Positions 30,113 through 39,845 of a stretch of DNA of 64,000 bases are shown here, piece after piece. The notes under the pieces were generated by a model, which ran no database searches, had not been told where the DNA came from, and saw only the letters and a program-made list of their open reading frames with translations. This DNA comes from Gemmatimonadales bacterium. GTDB taxonomy: Bacteria; Gemmatimonadota; Gemmatimonadetes; Gemmatimonadales; GWC2-71-9. Positions within the stretch are counted from its first letter, which is position 1. Every line of letters starts with the position of its first letter. The DNA lies in assembly GCA_041577295.1 (NCBI GenBank), contig JBFGJG010000008.1, positions 1 to 64,000 of the forward strand, given 5' to 3'. Both the position numbers and the translations under genes were made by a program.

Positions 30113-30580
30113 TCAGCGTTTCAGCGTTTCTTTCAGCAGGCTCCGAACACGATTGAGTTCGGCATCTTCGTCAGACGGCGGTCCGGCGCGCCGACAGCTA
30201 CAGTGCTCCTGCAGTTCCATCTTGCGGAGCGTCGCACGGTGCAGCGCTTGTCTTCCCTGGCGAGCGTAGAGTTGGGCGAGCTTCAGCAGCGTCAGCTCAT
30301 CGCACACGATCGGTGGCCAACCCGCCGCCTGCTGGAGCGCCAGAGACCGTAGGTAATAGGTCTCCGCGTCGGCCTCCTTCCCCTGGGCGTCGCACACCCA
30401 GGCCAGGTTGTCGCACGCGACCAGCACCAACAACGGTGCGCGGTACTCGCAACCCTGCAGCAATGCCAACGCCTCACGGAGACTCACCTCGGCCCGGAAG
30501 TAATCGGGAAGGCCTTTCGTTGGGTGCAGCACGACGAGGCTCTCGCGCACCAGCTCGCGGGCTTGTTCGAGATCGGTCAT
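30113..30580 (-). CDS. Small Cys-containing TPR protein (paralog B)
   Basis: DNLAWVCDAQG...AETYYLRSLALQQAAGWPPIVCDELT...CSC; aligns along most of its length with 25433-25885. Confidence 0.8.
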   Translation of the reverse strand: MTDLEQARELVRESLVVLHPTKGLPDYFRAEVSLREALALLQGCEYRAPLLVLVACDNLAWVCDAQGKEADAETYYLRSLALQQAAGWPPIVCDELTLLKLAQLYARQGRQALHRATLRKMELQEHCSCRRAGPPSDEDAELNRVRSLLKETLKR

Positions 30581-30639
30581 CCTGACGCCCCAAAGATCGA
30601 CGTTGGACAGGAGGTACTACACGTCTACCGCGAGCTTCT

Positions 30640-30653
30640 GCAAGCCGCGGACC
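30640..30653 (-). promoter_or_regulatory. Sigma54-like promoter of TPR paralog B
   Basis: Minus strand cGGTCCGCGGCTTGCa. Confidence 0.55.
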
Positions 30654-30663
30654 GGCCGGGCCC

Positions 30664-31050
30664 TCAGTGGTGTGCCGCCTCGATCGCTTGGGGATCCTCG
30701 ATGATCATCTCGGGGGCTCCGCGGAACAGCTGAACGGTCCCCGTGACACAAAGGTGGCGGTGCTCGTACTCCAACTCTGGTGGTGAGCGAAACTTGGAAC
30801 GGTGGCGTCCCCAGATCACAACCGTGAAGACCTGATCTGGGTACGGCTGCTCGAAGTTGAGAAAGGTGGGTTCCCCACGTGTGCGGTCCGCGTACCGCGT
30901 GCTGGCAACCGTGCCACACACTGTTGCGACCTTGCCGACATGGTTCCCTGCCTCAGCGGCTGGAATCTGGATTGGCTCTTGGGCAACCGCCCCTTGGGGG
31001 AGCCACCCCACCATGCCCGCGAACATCGCCAGCGCAACCTTTCGCATCAT
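30664..31050 (-). CDS. Secreted OB-fold protein
   Basis: Signal peptide; EAGNHVGKVATVCGTV...PTFLNF..PYP..FTVVIW...CVTG.V..F.G.PE. Confidence 0.8.
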   Translation of the reverse strand: MMRKVALAMFAGMVGWLPQGAVAQEPIQIPAAEAGNHVGKVATVCGTVASTRYADRTRGEPTFLNFEQPYPDQVFTVVIWGRHRSKFRSPPELEYEHRHLCVTGTVQLFRGAPEMIIEDPQAIEAAHH

Positions 31051-31093
31051 GGCACGCTTCTCACAGCTGCTTCCTCGATGGCTTTGGCCACGA

Positions 31094-31948
31094 TCACCCG
31101 GCGTTCCGCTCGATGAGGGCTTCAATCACTTCCTGCAGCTCCGCGAACGCCGGATCATCCATGCCGCCTCTGACGATCGTGACGATTCGACCAACGGCCT
31201 CACGATCGGCCGCGGGAAACCCCTGCTCGCCGATGCGACGCAGCTCGCGCGCGGAGTAGGCCGACTCGAAGAAGAACCGCTCTCGCGCCCTCGCGGCAAA
31301 CTGCGCTGCCGCGCACCACTTCCCAAAGCTCGAGTAAGAGCCGAGATACTCTTCCATCGACCGAGAGAGTCTCGCAGCCTGCTCACCGAGTTCGGCTCCG
31401 GCGCGGCCCTCTACGATGCGATCACGAAGCGCGCTGTATTGGGCCTCGATCGGTTGGGAGAGCGGGATTTCCCGCAGCCATTGCTGCATCTCGCCGACGA
31501 ACTGCTCGGCTCGGGCGAGATCACCGTACAACAGGGCTCGCTCGAGATCGAACGCCCGCACTCCCAGCCGGAACGTCAAGTGACTCTCAGAAAGTTGGTC
31601 CGCCCTTGTGGGTGACCACTGGCGCTCTTGCCAGACCGCCTCGCCGGATGGCTCTGCACCCGCGGGATCCAGCTCTCGCCGATCGGAAACAGTGATGAGC
31701 CGGAGCGCGGGCACGCTGACGATCAACAGGACCACCGTGGCGGCCAGCGGCAACGCATATCGCCGCCAGGCGGACGTGGTCGTTGGAGATGGCACGTAAC
31801 GGGACTCTGCCGTTGCTGCATCTTGTTGTGAAATGCGACCTCTGCGTACCGCGTCACCGATGGCGCCGTCGGAACACGAGGCTGAACTTGCCCAAAATAC
31901 GGACCCGAGGGACCCGTCGCGAGACTTGCTGCTCGACAGGCGAGACAC
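31094..31948 (-). CDS. Hypothetical single-TM protein with a helical C-terminal domain; start uncertain
   Basis: WRRYALPLAATVVLL TM segment followed by a helical domain (FRLGVRAFDLERAL). Confidence 0.6.
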   Translation of the reverse strand: MSRLSSSKSRDGSLGSVFWASSASCSDGAIGDAVRRGRISQQDAATAESRYVPSPTTTSAWRRYALPLAATVVLLIVSVPALRLITVSDRRELDPAGAEPSGEAVWQERQWSPTRADQLSESHLTFRLGVRAFDLERALLYGDLARAEQFVGEMQQWLREIPLSQPIEAQYSALRDRIVEGRAGAELGEQAARLSRSMEEYLGSYSSFGKWCAAAQFAARARERFFFESAYSARELRRIGEQGFPAADREAVGRIVTIVRGGMDDPAFAELQEVIEALIERNAG

Positions 31949-32054
31949 GGTGTCGCCCTTGCAAGGGCCCGTCCCATGGGGGAGATTGTACAAGGGTGGT
32001 GAGCCGCGTTGTCCCGCCTACCGACACAACGCATTCAAACCGCATGGACATGTT

Positions 32055-33182
32055 TTGCTAGGAGTACTCCAGCTCACGGAGAAGGGCGCCGGATTCATTC
32101 GCCGGCGTGACGCCAGTTACCTGCCGTCTCCCGACGACATCTACGTCCCCCAGAAGCTAGTCCGGCAATTTGGACTGCGGACGGGAGACGAGATCGTCGG
32201 CGAGGTCGGGAAGTCACCGGGCCGCGGCAAGAGTCCACCGCTCAGAAGCCTCAAGGAGGTCAATGGTCAGCCCCCTGCCGACCTGAACCACCGACCCGAC
32301 TTTCACCGCCGAAGTGCCGTCCACCCCAATACCCAACTTGTCTTGGAGTGCGGCCTCAAGCGGTCTGGCCAACCGGACTACACGAACCGCGTCATCGATC
32401 TGATGTGCCCATTTGGGCTCGGCCAACGAGCCTTGATCGTCGCCCCGGCAAAAACCGGAAAAACGATGGTGCTCGAGGCGATCGCGCAGGGAATCGTCGA
32501 GAACTACCCGGAAGCCACATTGCTGATTCTGCTCGTCGACGAGCGCCCGGAAGAGGTCACGGAGATGGAGTCGTGTGGCTTTGGCGAGGTCGTGGCCTCG
32601 AGCTTCGACTTTCCTGCCGAGCGGCATACACAGATCGCGCAGCTCACGCTCGAACGCGCGCGACGAAGGGTGGAGTTAGGGCAGGATGTGATCATCATCC
32701 TCGACTCCATCACGCGACTCGCTCGGGCTTTCAACACCGTGGTTCGGGGAACCGGCAAGACGTTGTCGGGCGGACTCGACGCCGGAGCCTTGGAGGAACC
32801 CAAGCGATTCTTGGGTAGTGCGCGGGCCATTGACACATCCCAAGGCGGAGGATCGCTCACCATCATCGGTACCGCGCTCATCGACACCGGCTCGCTCATG
32901 GACCAGGTAATTTTCGAGGAGTTCAAGGGAACGGGGAACAGCGAGCTCGTGCTCAACCGCGAGTTGGCCGACCGCCGGATCTTCCCCGCCATCGATCTCA
33001 ATGCGTCCGCAACCCGCCGCGAAGAGCTGCTACTGTCCACTCAAGCGCTCGAAGTGTCCCGCTTGCTGCGGCGGCGGCTGCCGCGAGAATCACCGGTCGA
33101 TGCGATGAAAGAGCTCCTCAGTCAGCTCTCCGGAACGCCGTCCAATGCCCAGTTTATCGCCAAGACGCTGAGGATGGACTGA
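32055..33182 (+). CDS. rho: Transcription termination factor Rho (short form)
   Basis: GAGFIR, DDIYV...LRTGD, GQRALIVAPAKTGKT, DERPEEVT, DSITRLARAFN, FEEFKGTGN, RRIFPAID. TTG at 32055 is the likely start; the ORF is open back to 31833. Confidence 0.92.
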   Translation: MLGVLQLTEKGAGFIRRRDASYLPSPDDIYVPQKLVRQFGLRTGDEIVGEVGKSPGRGKSPPLRSLKEVNGQPPADLNHRPDFHRRSAVHPNTQLVLECGLKRSGQPDYTNRVIDLMCPFGLGQRALIVAPAKTGKTMVLEAIAQGIVENYPEATLLILLVDERPEEVTEMESCGFGEVVASSFDFPAERHTQIAQLTLERARRRVELGQDVIIILDSITRLARAFNTVVRGTGKTLSGGLDAGALEEPKRFLGSARAIDTSQGGGSLTIIGTALIDTGSLMDQVIFEEFKGTGNSELVLNRELADRRIFPAIDLNASATRREELLLSTQALEVSRLLRRRLPRESPVDAMKELLSQLSGTPSNAQFIAKTLRMD

Positions 33183-33198
33183 GGGCGGGATCGGCAGG

Positions 33199-36100
33199 AT
33201 GAGGTCTCAGTCACCACACACAACTCAACCACTCACCTTGCTTATGACGTCTACGCGCTGCTTGTCACTCGTTCTCGTGATTGCTGCGTCCCCACTCGCC
33301 GCACAACAAATCACCTCGGAAACGCTCGCCAACCTCTATTTCCGGACGATAGGTCCTGTGACCATGAGCGGACGGGTTGTGGACCTCGCGGTCGTGGAAG
33401 CGAATCCCTTCACGTTCTACGTCGCGTCGGCAACCGGCGGCGTATGGAAGACGGTGAATAACGGGATCACGTACAAACCGGTTTTCCAGAACGAGGGAAC
33501 CCATTCTGTTGGTGCGATTGCGGTGAGCCAACTCGATACCGCGGTCGTCTGGGTGGGCACTGGTGAGCGTGCCAACCGCCAGTCGAGCAGCTGGGGGGAC
33601 GGCGTCTACAAGTCCATCGATGGCGGGTCGACCTGGCGCCATGTCGGGTTGCGGAACAGTCATCACGTGGGGCGGATCGCGATCCATCCGACGGATCCCA
33701 ACACGGTGTTCGTCGCCGCTATGGGGCACCTCTGGGGGCCGAACGCCGAACGCGGACTCTACAAGACTACGGATGGCGGCGAGACGTGGCGTCGAGTGCT
33801 CGCTCTCGACACGCTGACCGGCGTGGTCGACGTCGCCATTGACCCCGCTGACCCTACAATCGTGTACGCGGCCTCCTACCAACGGATGCGCAAACCCTAT
33901 GGGTTCGATGGGGGCGGTCCGGGCAGTGGACTGTGGAAGTCCACTGATGGCGGCGAGCGGTGGCGAAGACTCGCAGGCGGGCTTCCGACGGGCGAGATGG
34001 GCCGGATAGGAATCTCGATCTATCGCAAGGACCCACGGATCGTCTACGTCTCCGTCGAGCAAGGATATCGTTACAACGCATCCACGCGCTACACGGAACG
34101 CGCAGCCGGGGTCTATCGATCCGAGGACCGAGGCGAGACGTGGGAACACATGAGCGATTGGAACCCGCGACCAATGTACGCGAGTCAACCCCTGGTCGAT
34201 CCGAACGACGACCAGCGCATCTACATGCAGAACTCGTTTTCCTTCTCGGATGACGGCGGCAAGACCTTCACGCGAGCGCGGCAGTCCCTGCACGGCGATG
34301 ACCGCATCCTGTGGGTGAATCCCACGGACTCTCGTCACGTGATCAAAGGTGATGACGGCGGGCTGGGGATCTCCTACGATCGTGCAAAGACCTGGCTGTT
34401 CGTCACCAACTTGCCTATCAGTCAGTTCTACCGCGTTTCCGTGGACAATCGAGACCCGTACTGGGTGTACGGTGGCCTGCAGGACAACGGAACGTGGATG
34501 GGACCCTCCGCGACGTACCTTACGGCCGGAGTTCGTTTCGAAGACTGGTTCAAGCTGGGCGGTGGTGACGGTTTTCAAGTCCGCCCTGACACGGTGGACC
34601 AACGCACCGTCTACGTCGAGTCGCAATACCTCGGTCTTACTCGCGTCGATCTCATCACGCGAGAAGCGAAGGACATTCGGCCCGGCGATCCGCGGGGCGC
34701 GATCGCCGCGAGACGGAATTGGGATGCGTGGGGACCTGGAGAGCCAGAGCCCGAACTCGGCAACGCCATGGCTCCTGCGAATTGGGATGGACCGTACATC
34801 ATCTCACCACACGACCACAACACGTTGTACGCCGGAACCAATCGGCTCTGGAAGAGCACCGATCGGGGTGATTCGTGGGTCTCGCTCGGCGATTTGACGA
34901 CAGGCGTCAACCGACGCGAACTCACGATCATGGGACGGCGAGCTCAGGACTCGACACCGTCTTTGGATGACGGAATCCCGTACTACCCAACACTCACTGC
35001 GATCGCTGAGTCACCTCTCCAACCAGGAGTGCTGTACGTGGGGACGGACGATGGGAACCTCCACGTCTCGCGAGACGACGGCAGGACATGGACCAACGTG
35101 ATCGGCCGCGTACCTGGTGCACCTCGGTCGGCGTGGATCAATGGCCTCGAGCCATCCCGGTTTGCGGCCGGCACCGTGTATTTGGTGATCGACAACCACC
35201 GTAACGACGACTACGCGAATTACGTCTATCGATCGGCCGACTACGGTCAGTCGTGGACGTCCATCACCGGGGATTTGCCGGCCAACCGGGCAACCCGGAC
35301 CCTCCGAGAGGATCTCCGCAATCCCAATGTGCTGTACCTCGGTACCGAGCTCGGGTTGTTCTACACGCCAAGTGGCGGTCGGCACTGGGTCGAGCTGAGA
35401 GGCAACATGCCGACCGCGGCGTTCAACGATTTGGTGATACAGCCCCGCGAAAATGATCTCGTGCTCGGCACGCACGGGCGGGGCATTTGGATTCTCGATC
35501 ATCTCAACGCGCTGCAGGAGTTGAACGAAGCAGCGCTCGCATCGGCCGCGCACCTGTTCACGCTCGAGCCAGCGGCACAAATCCGGTATTCGAACGAGAC
35601 GGGACACACGGGAGATATGACGTTCCGGGGTGAGAACCCGCCGGCCGGCGCAATCATCGATTATCATCTCCGCGCCCCGACCACCCACAGCGGGATCTCG
35701 CTCACGATTCACGACGCCCGCGGTCGGGAGGTCAATCGTGTGGAACCGGATACGACTGCCGGCCTGAACCGCGTCACTTGGAACCTGCGCTACGCGGATG
35801 TAGTCTCGCCGTCCAGTGACGAGGATGACGATGAGGGATTTGGACCACCCCGCCGCCTGCCAGGGCCCTGGGTTCTCCCTGGTCGCTACCTCGTACGGCT
35901 CACGGCAGGTGAGACCGTCATGGAGCAGTCTGTAGAGGTGAAGCCCGATCCGCGGCACGATTGGCCCCATGCCGAGATCGTCGCATGGCACGATACCATG
36001 GTCGCGGTCGCGCAGCTCATTCGCCCGTTCTCACCGATGGTGGACAGCGTTCGTCAAGCCAAGGAGGAGCTCGACAGCCTGCCAGAAGTCCAGCAAGCGC

Positions 36101-36315
36101 GGCACCGTCAGACGATGCACCTTGCGGACTCGATCGTACCGCTACTCACCGAGCTACGGAGCCGTCTGTTTCGATTGTACTTCGAGATGGACGAGTGGAC
36201 CGGCCCACCAACTTCGGATCAATACGCACAGCTCGCGTATTACCGAGAGTGGGTCGCTCGGCTCGAGCCAGCGGCACGGAGGATATTGCGCGCCGATGTG
36301 CGCGCAGCAGGTTGA
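33199..36315 (+). CDS. Secreted VPS10/BNR (Asp-box) repeat glycosyl hydrolase-like protein
   Basis: IGPVTMSGRV and many (S/T)xDxGxTW Asp-boxes, GGLQDNG, GTHGRG; start may be ATG at 33244. Confidence 0.9.
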   Translation: MRSQSPHTTQPLTLLMTSTRCLSLVLVIAASPLAAQQITSETLANLYFRTIGPVTMSGRVVDLAVVEANPFTFYVASATGGVWKTVNNGITYKPVFQNEGTHSVGAIAVSQLDTAVVWVGTGERANRQSSSWGDGVYKSIDGGSTWRHVGLRNSHHVGRIAIHPTDPNTVFVAAMGHLWGPNAERGLYKTTDGGETWRRVLALDTLTGVVDVAIDPADPTIVYAASYQRMRKPYGFDGGGPGSGLWKSTDGGERWRRLAGGLPTGEMGRIGISIYRKDPRIVYVSVEQGYRYNASTRYTERAAGVYRSEDRGETWEHMSDWNPRPMYASQPLVDPNDDQRIYMQNSFSFSDDGGKTFTRARQSLHGDDRILWVNPTDSRHVIKGDDGGLGISYDRAKTWLFVTNLPISQFYRVSVDNRDPYWVYGGLQDNGTWMGPSATYLTAGVRFEDWFKLGGGDGFQVRPDTVDQRTVYVESQYLGLTRVDLITREAKDIRPGDPRGAIAARRNWDAWGPGEPEPELGNAMAPANWDGPYIISPHDHNTLYAGTNRLWKSTDRGDSWVSLGDLTTGVNRRELTIMGRRAQDSTPSLDDGIPYYPTLTAIAESPLQPGVLYVGTDDGNLHVSRDDGRTWTNVIGRVPGAPRSAWINGLEPSRFAAGTVYLVIDNHRNDDYANYVYRSADYGQSWTSITGDLPANRATRTLREDLRNPNVLYLGTELGLFYTPSGGRHWVELRGNMPTAAFNDLVIQPRENDLVLGTHGRGIWILDHLNALQELNEAALASAAHLFTLEPAAQIRYSNETGHTGDMTFRGENPPAGAIIDYHLRAPTTHSGISLTIHDARGREVNRVEPDTTAGLNRVTWNLRYADVVSPSSDEDDDEGFGPPRRLPGPWVLPGRYLVRLTAGETVMEQSVEVKPDPRHDWPHAEIVAWHDTMVAVAQLIRPFSPMVDSVRQAKEELDSLPEVQQARHRQTMHLADSIVPLLTELRSRLFRLYFEMDEWTGPPTSDQYAQLAYYREWVARLEPAARRILRADVRAAG

Positions 36316-37178
36316 ACACGACGATCGCGAGAACGGCAATCGCGACGCTTGTCGCTGTGAGCGGTGCTTGCGCCGGATCGACGGTGCAAAGCGGCGTGGG
36401 CGATCGTCTCATCGCACACCCCCCGTATTACGCTGGGAAACAGCTAGAGACCGCGCTTGCACGTGTGGGCCACTTGCCCATCGCCTACCAGCGCGGTGCA
36501 TCCCAGGACGCGATGTTCGATCCCGCTGAGGGGGCGGGGACACCGGTCGGGCAGCTGCTCACCGAGATGAACGCGTACCTCAATGCCCTCGGCAAGAGCG
36601 TCCCACTCACGTCGTCAGTGGCAGAGCCTCGTGGCAGCCCCGATGTGCGCTTCGGGTGCGAAACGGATGCGGCAGGGGACTGCGAGCGTGACGAGACCTT
36701 CGATGTGCGGGCTCCGCAACTCCACCTGTCAATTGCGCGACCGCGACGCGAATGGGTGGCGTGGCTCAGTGACGCGCTCGCTCGCACGAGTGTGTCCCAC
36801 GCGCTCGTACTCAGGCTCGAGGTCGGTCAGTATTGGACGCGCCAGAAGAATCTCCGCGGGAGCAAGGAGGTGGAGCTGGGGACCGATTACGTCGTGCCGG
36901 TACCATGGCTGACCTCACTCGAAACGCCCGTTAGCGTCCTCCAGCTGACCGGGGCGGTGGTGGACCAAAACGGCCGTGCCATCCGCATCGGGGCGGAGGG
37001 AATGCTGGCTCGCCGCACCAGTCTCGTGCTCAGCTCGGAAGGCGGGCAGGCCCTGATCACCGACGACGACATCGCGGCGTTGCGGTCCTTACGGCGCGAC
37101 GATCTTTCCGGGAAGCCGCTCGTATGGCAAGTCGCGTTGTCGAACCTCGTGGCGGAGCTGACGGCTACGAGTCCCTAA
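36312..37178 (+). CDS. Hypothetical lipoprotein
   Basis: TTG overlapping the upstream TGA; lipobox SGAC. Confidence 0.7.
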   Translation: MNTTIARTAIATLVAVSGACAGSTVQSGVGDRLIAHPPYYAGKQLETALARVGHLPIAYQRGASQDAMFDPAEGAGTPVGQLLTEMNAYLNALGKSVPLTSSVAEPRGSPDVRFGCETDAAGDCERDETFDVRAPQLHLSIARPRREWVAWLSDALARTSVSHALVLRLEVGQYWTRQKNLRGSKEVELGTDYVVPVPWLTSLETPVSVLQLTGAVVDQNGRAIRIGAEGMLARRTSLVLSSEGGQALITDDDIAALRSLRRDDLSGKPLVWQVALSNLVAELTATSP

Positions 37179-37373
37179 CTACGATCGCCGCTTGCGATTG
37201 CGGTGGCGCCTCCGTTCGGCGGCCTGCGCCTTCCTCCGTTTGGCGTCGCTCGGCTTCAGGTAGAAGCGCCTTCGCCGGAGTTCCTTGAGGATTCCCGAAC
37301 GCTGGACCTTGCGACGGAAGTGCTTGATTGCCCATTCCACCCGATCGTTATCACCCACGATGACTTCGGTCAC
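37179..37373 (-). CDS. rpsU: 30S ribosomal protein S21
   Basis: AIKHFRRKVQRSGILKELRRRRFYLKPS; AGGAG RBS. Confidence 0.92.
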   Translation of the reverse strand: MTEVIVGDNDRVEWAIKHFRRKVQRSGILKELRRRRFYLKPSDAKRRKAQAAERRRHRNRKRRS

Positions 37374-37400
37374 AAGACTCCTATCGGTTGCATGTGCAGG

Positions 37401-37431
37401 AAAAGAAACGGGGCCGCCTGAGCGGCCCCGT
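37401..37431 (-). terminator. Intrinsic terminator after the csp gene
   Basis: ACGGGGCCGC-TCAG-GCGGCCCCGT followed by TTCTTTT on the minus strand. Confidence 0.75.
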
Positions 37432-37455
37432 CCGATGAGCGATCAGCGCAGTGGC

Positions 37456-37668
37456 TTACGAGCTCACAGGGCTGACGTTCTGGGCCGCAGGACCCTTCTG
37501 GCCCTGCACCACGTCGAACTCCACCTTCTCTCCCTCGCGCAGGGACTTGAATCCCGTCCCGGCGATGGCCGAGTGATGCACGAAGACGTCTTTCTCACCG
37601 TCCTCACGCGTGATGAAGCCGAAGCCCTTCTGATCGTTGAACCACTTCACGGTTCCTCGGGTACGCAT
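37456..37668 (-). CDS. Cold-shock protein (CspA family)
   Basis: [40 protein letters not shown]. Confidence 0.96.
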   Translation of the reverse strand: MRTRGTVKWFNDQKGFGFITREDGEKDVFVHHSAIAGTGFKSLREGEKVEFDVVQGQKGPAAQNVSPVSS

Positions 37669-38076
37669 ACTCACTCCTGTTGCGTTTGCGATGTTCGTCG
37701 GAGTCCGGTGGTACCCGACTTGCCGAGCGTCCATCATTTCTCGCGGTCGAACGTGCCCCCGCGTTGGGCTGCCGTCTGTTACGGCGTTTACACACGAAAA
37801 AAGGACCGGCGTCGCTGCCAGGTCCTTGTCGTGTCGCTGGTACTGAACGCGCCAATCCGGGCGCGTTGAACGCTATTGAAAGGTAGCGATCGCTCCCCCC
37901 AAGCGCCAGGTCCACTTTGCCACCGTCGGTCGGGCGCGGTTACGCTATGGATATCTCGGTCATACATTCTCGCCGACCCCCCGTTGGCGACGCCATGACG
38001 GCCTGCTCCGCCCTACGTCACCCCTGGCCCGTATACCGAGGTCCTCTCACTGCTTGCTTCGACCGAGGAGGCTCCC

Positions 38077-38481
38077 ATGCGCCGCGTCCTCCCCCTCTTG
38101 ATCGTCGCTGGTCTCGGCATCTCGTCCGCGGCTGCTGCGCAAGGCGTGCTCGTGGTCTCACAGAACAAGTGCGACCTAGGCACGCAAGGCGAGCTCCGCG
38201 CGTTCGCTGACTCCGCGTGGATACCCCTGGCACAGGAACTCGTGAATGAGGGCAGCCTCCTCGCCGCTGGATCGGCGTTCCATTTGTGGGGTGACGAGTG
38301 GAACGTGATCTACTGGTACACCGCAACGAGCATCTCGGCATTCCTCGAAGCGTGGTCAGAGCTGATTGCTCGCTCTCGACAGCGCTATCCGACTGCGGTG
38401 GCCAACTTCCAAGCCTGGTGTTCTGAGCACAAGGACACTTTCTACTCGTCGGGGGCGATTACCACTCCTCGTGCGCCGTAA
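38077..38481 (+). CDS. Secreted hypothetical protein
   Basis: GGAGG RBS, signal peptide ending AAAAQ, two Cys. Confidence 0.75.
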   Translation: MRRVLPLLIVAGLGISSAAAAQGVLVVSQNKCDLGTQGELRAFADSAWIPLAQELVNEGSLLAAGSAFHLWGDEWNVIYWYTATSISAFLEAWSELIARSRQRYPTAVANFQAWCSEHKDTFYSSGAITTPRAP

Positions 38482-38628
38482 CACGTCAGGGTTCGCAAAA
38501 CCGCTTCAGCCGCAACCGCTTGACCGGGCTATTGTTGGTCTTGATCGGCGGTTGGTGGCGGCGGACTAGCTTGACCTTCAGGAGTTGGGCGCAGCGCCAT
38601 AAACGCTGCCGAGAAACTGGAGGTCATC

Positions 38629-38814
38629 ATGAAATCGAAGAATCTGCTCGCAGTGCTGGGACTGCTGTTCACGGTTGGAATGGCCGGGAGCGCATGCTCC
38701 AGCGCAACGGAGCCCGAAGTCTCGCGCGCGGAGGCCACCGAAGCGCAGGCGCTTCAAAACCAACCAAACGAGGGTGGTGACAAGGAATCGAAGGAACAGG
38801 GCAGGCGGCGCTAA
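38629..38814 (+). CDS. Small lipoprotein (61 aa)
   Basis: GGAGGT RBS; MKSKNLLAVLGLLFTVGMAGSAC lipoprotein signal. Confidence 0.65.
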   Translation: MKSKNLLAVLGLLFTVGMAGSACSSATEPEVSRAEATEAQALQNQPNEGGDKESKEQGRRR

Positions 38815-38931
38815 TCCCACCCACCCCTCCCACCGGAATTGGGGGGAGTGACAAGAGCAGGAAGGAGTAAGGCGTGGGGAAGAAGAAATCCTCACTCCTT
38901 ACTCCTTACCGCTTACGCCTTATTCTGTCAT

Positions 38932-39723
38932 TCACTTGCACATGCGCTCTACGACACCCTCCAACTCGCGGACGACGGCTTGCCGTCGCTCGCTAGGCAC
39001 AGAGAGCCCGTAGGCTTCGGCCACCAGACCGAGATCACGGAGCGCCCGGGTGCGCGGGTCGCGGCTCCCGTACCTGAGCTGACGCACCAGATCCACCATC
39101 GCGACCGGGGAGCGCTCCTCGTCTGTCGTGCCAACGGTATCGCTCAGTCCGATCAACTCACCGGCATGGGCCGACCAATCCCGGCGTAGCTCACAACAAT
39201 CCTCCCGCACTAATAACGTCGCGGCGTCTAGCGTGAGCCTGGCACGTGCCGGGACGGGTTTGCGTGGGACGAGGGGGTGCAAGTCGAAGACTTCAACACC
39301 ATGTCCGCGCCCGCTTCCAGCATCGTCGCGGTAGACCCAACGCTCCGCGAGGGCCTGCCAATCCATCGTCTGGACGACGCCGGGTGTGGCGCTGTCGAAT
39401 ATGATGAAGCGTCCGTCCACCTCGTTTGCGATGGATACCCAATGCTCCCACTGGTCGATACAGGCCAGCACCGGATTTCCACACCGCAACTGATGGATGA
39501 GTGCGAGACGAGCTCGCTCGCAATTCCCCATACGAACCGTTGGGAGATCACATGCGAACACGGCGGCCACCCGGGCGAGCTCCGACTCGTCTGTCCCCCC
39601 ACGGTCTGTTCCTGCCAGCAGTGCGAGACGTCGTTCGCTCTGGAAGATCCCCAGGGTGAGTAGCGCATGCTTGAGGGCAAACGGCCCGCACTCATAGGAA
39701 TTGGGCTGCTCGTAAATCGTCAT
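38932..39723 (-). CDS. Papain-like cysteine peptidase, C39-like, standalone
   Basis: QPNSYECGP (oxyanion Q and catalytic C), EHWV (H), IFDS (D). Confidence 0.78.
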   Translation of the reverse strand: MTIYEQPNSYECGPFALKHALLTLGIFQSERRLALLAGTDRGGTDESELARVAAVFACDLPTVRMGNCERARLALIHQLRCGNPVLACIDQWEHWVSIANEVDGRFIIFDSATPGVVQTMDWQALAERWVYRDDAGSGRGHGVEVFDLHPLVPRKPVPARARLTLDAATLLVREDCCELRRDWSAHAGELIGLSDTVGTTDEERSPVAMVDLVRQLRYGSRDPRTRALRDLGLVAEAYGLSVPSERRQAVVRELEGVVERMCK

Positions 39724-39789
39724 CCTTCCCAACCCAGAAAGGGCCGGGAAGGATAGCGTTGGGGGGCCGTGGCATGTAGTAGGGTTAGC

Positions 39790-39805
39790 TGTCAGTGAAC
39801 TGACA
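39790..39805. promoter_or_regulatory. Palindromic operator-like site upstream of the C39 peptidase gene
   Basis: TGTCAG-TGAA-CTGACA, with an IHF-like TTCAATCAGTTG on the minus strand at about 39824-39835. Confidence 0.4.
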
Positions 39806-39845
39806 CTGCCGCGGCGCGAAATGCAACTGATTGAATCACATGCTC

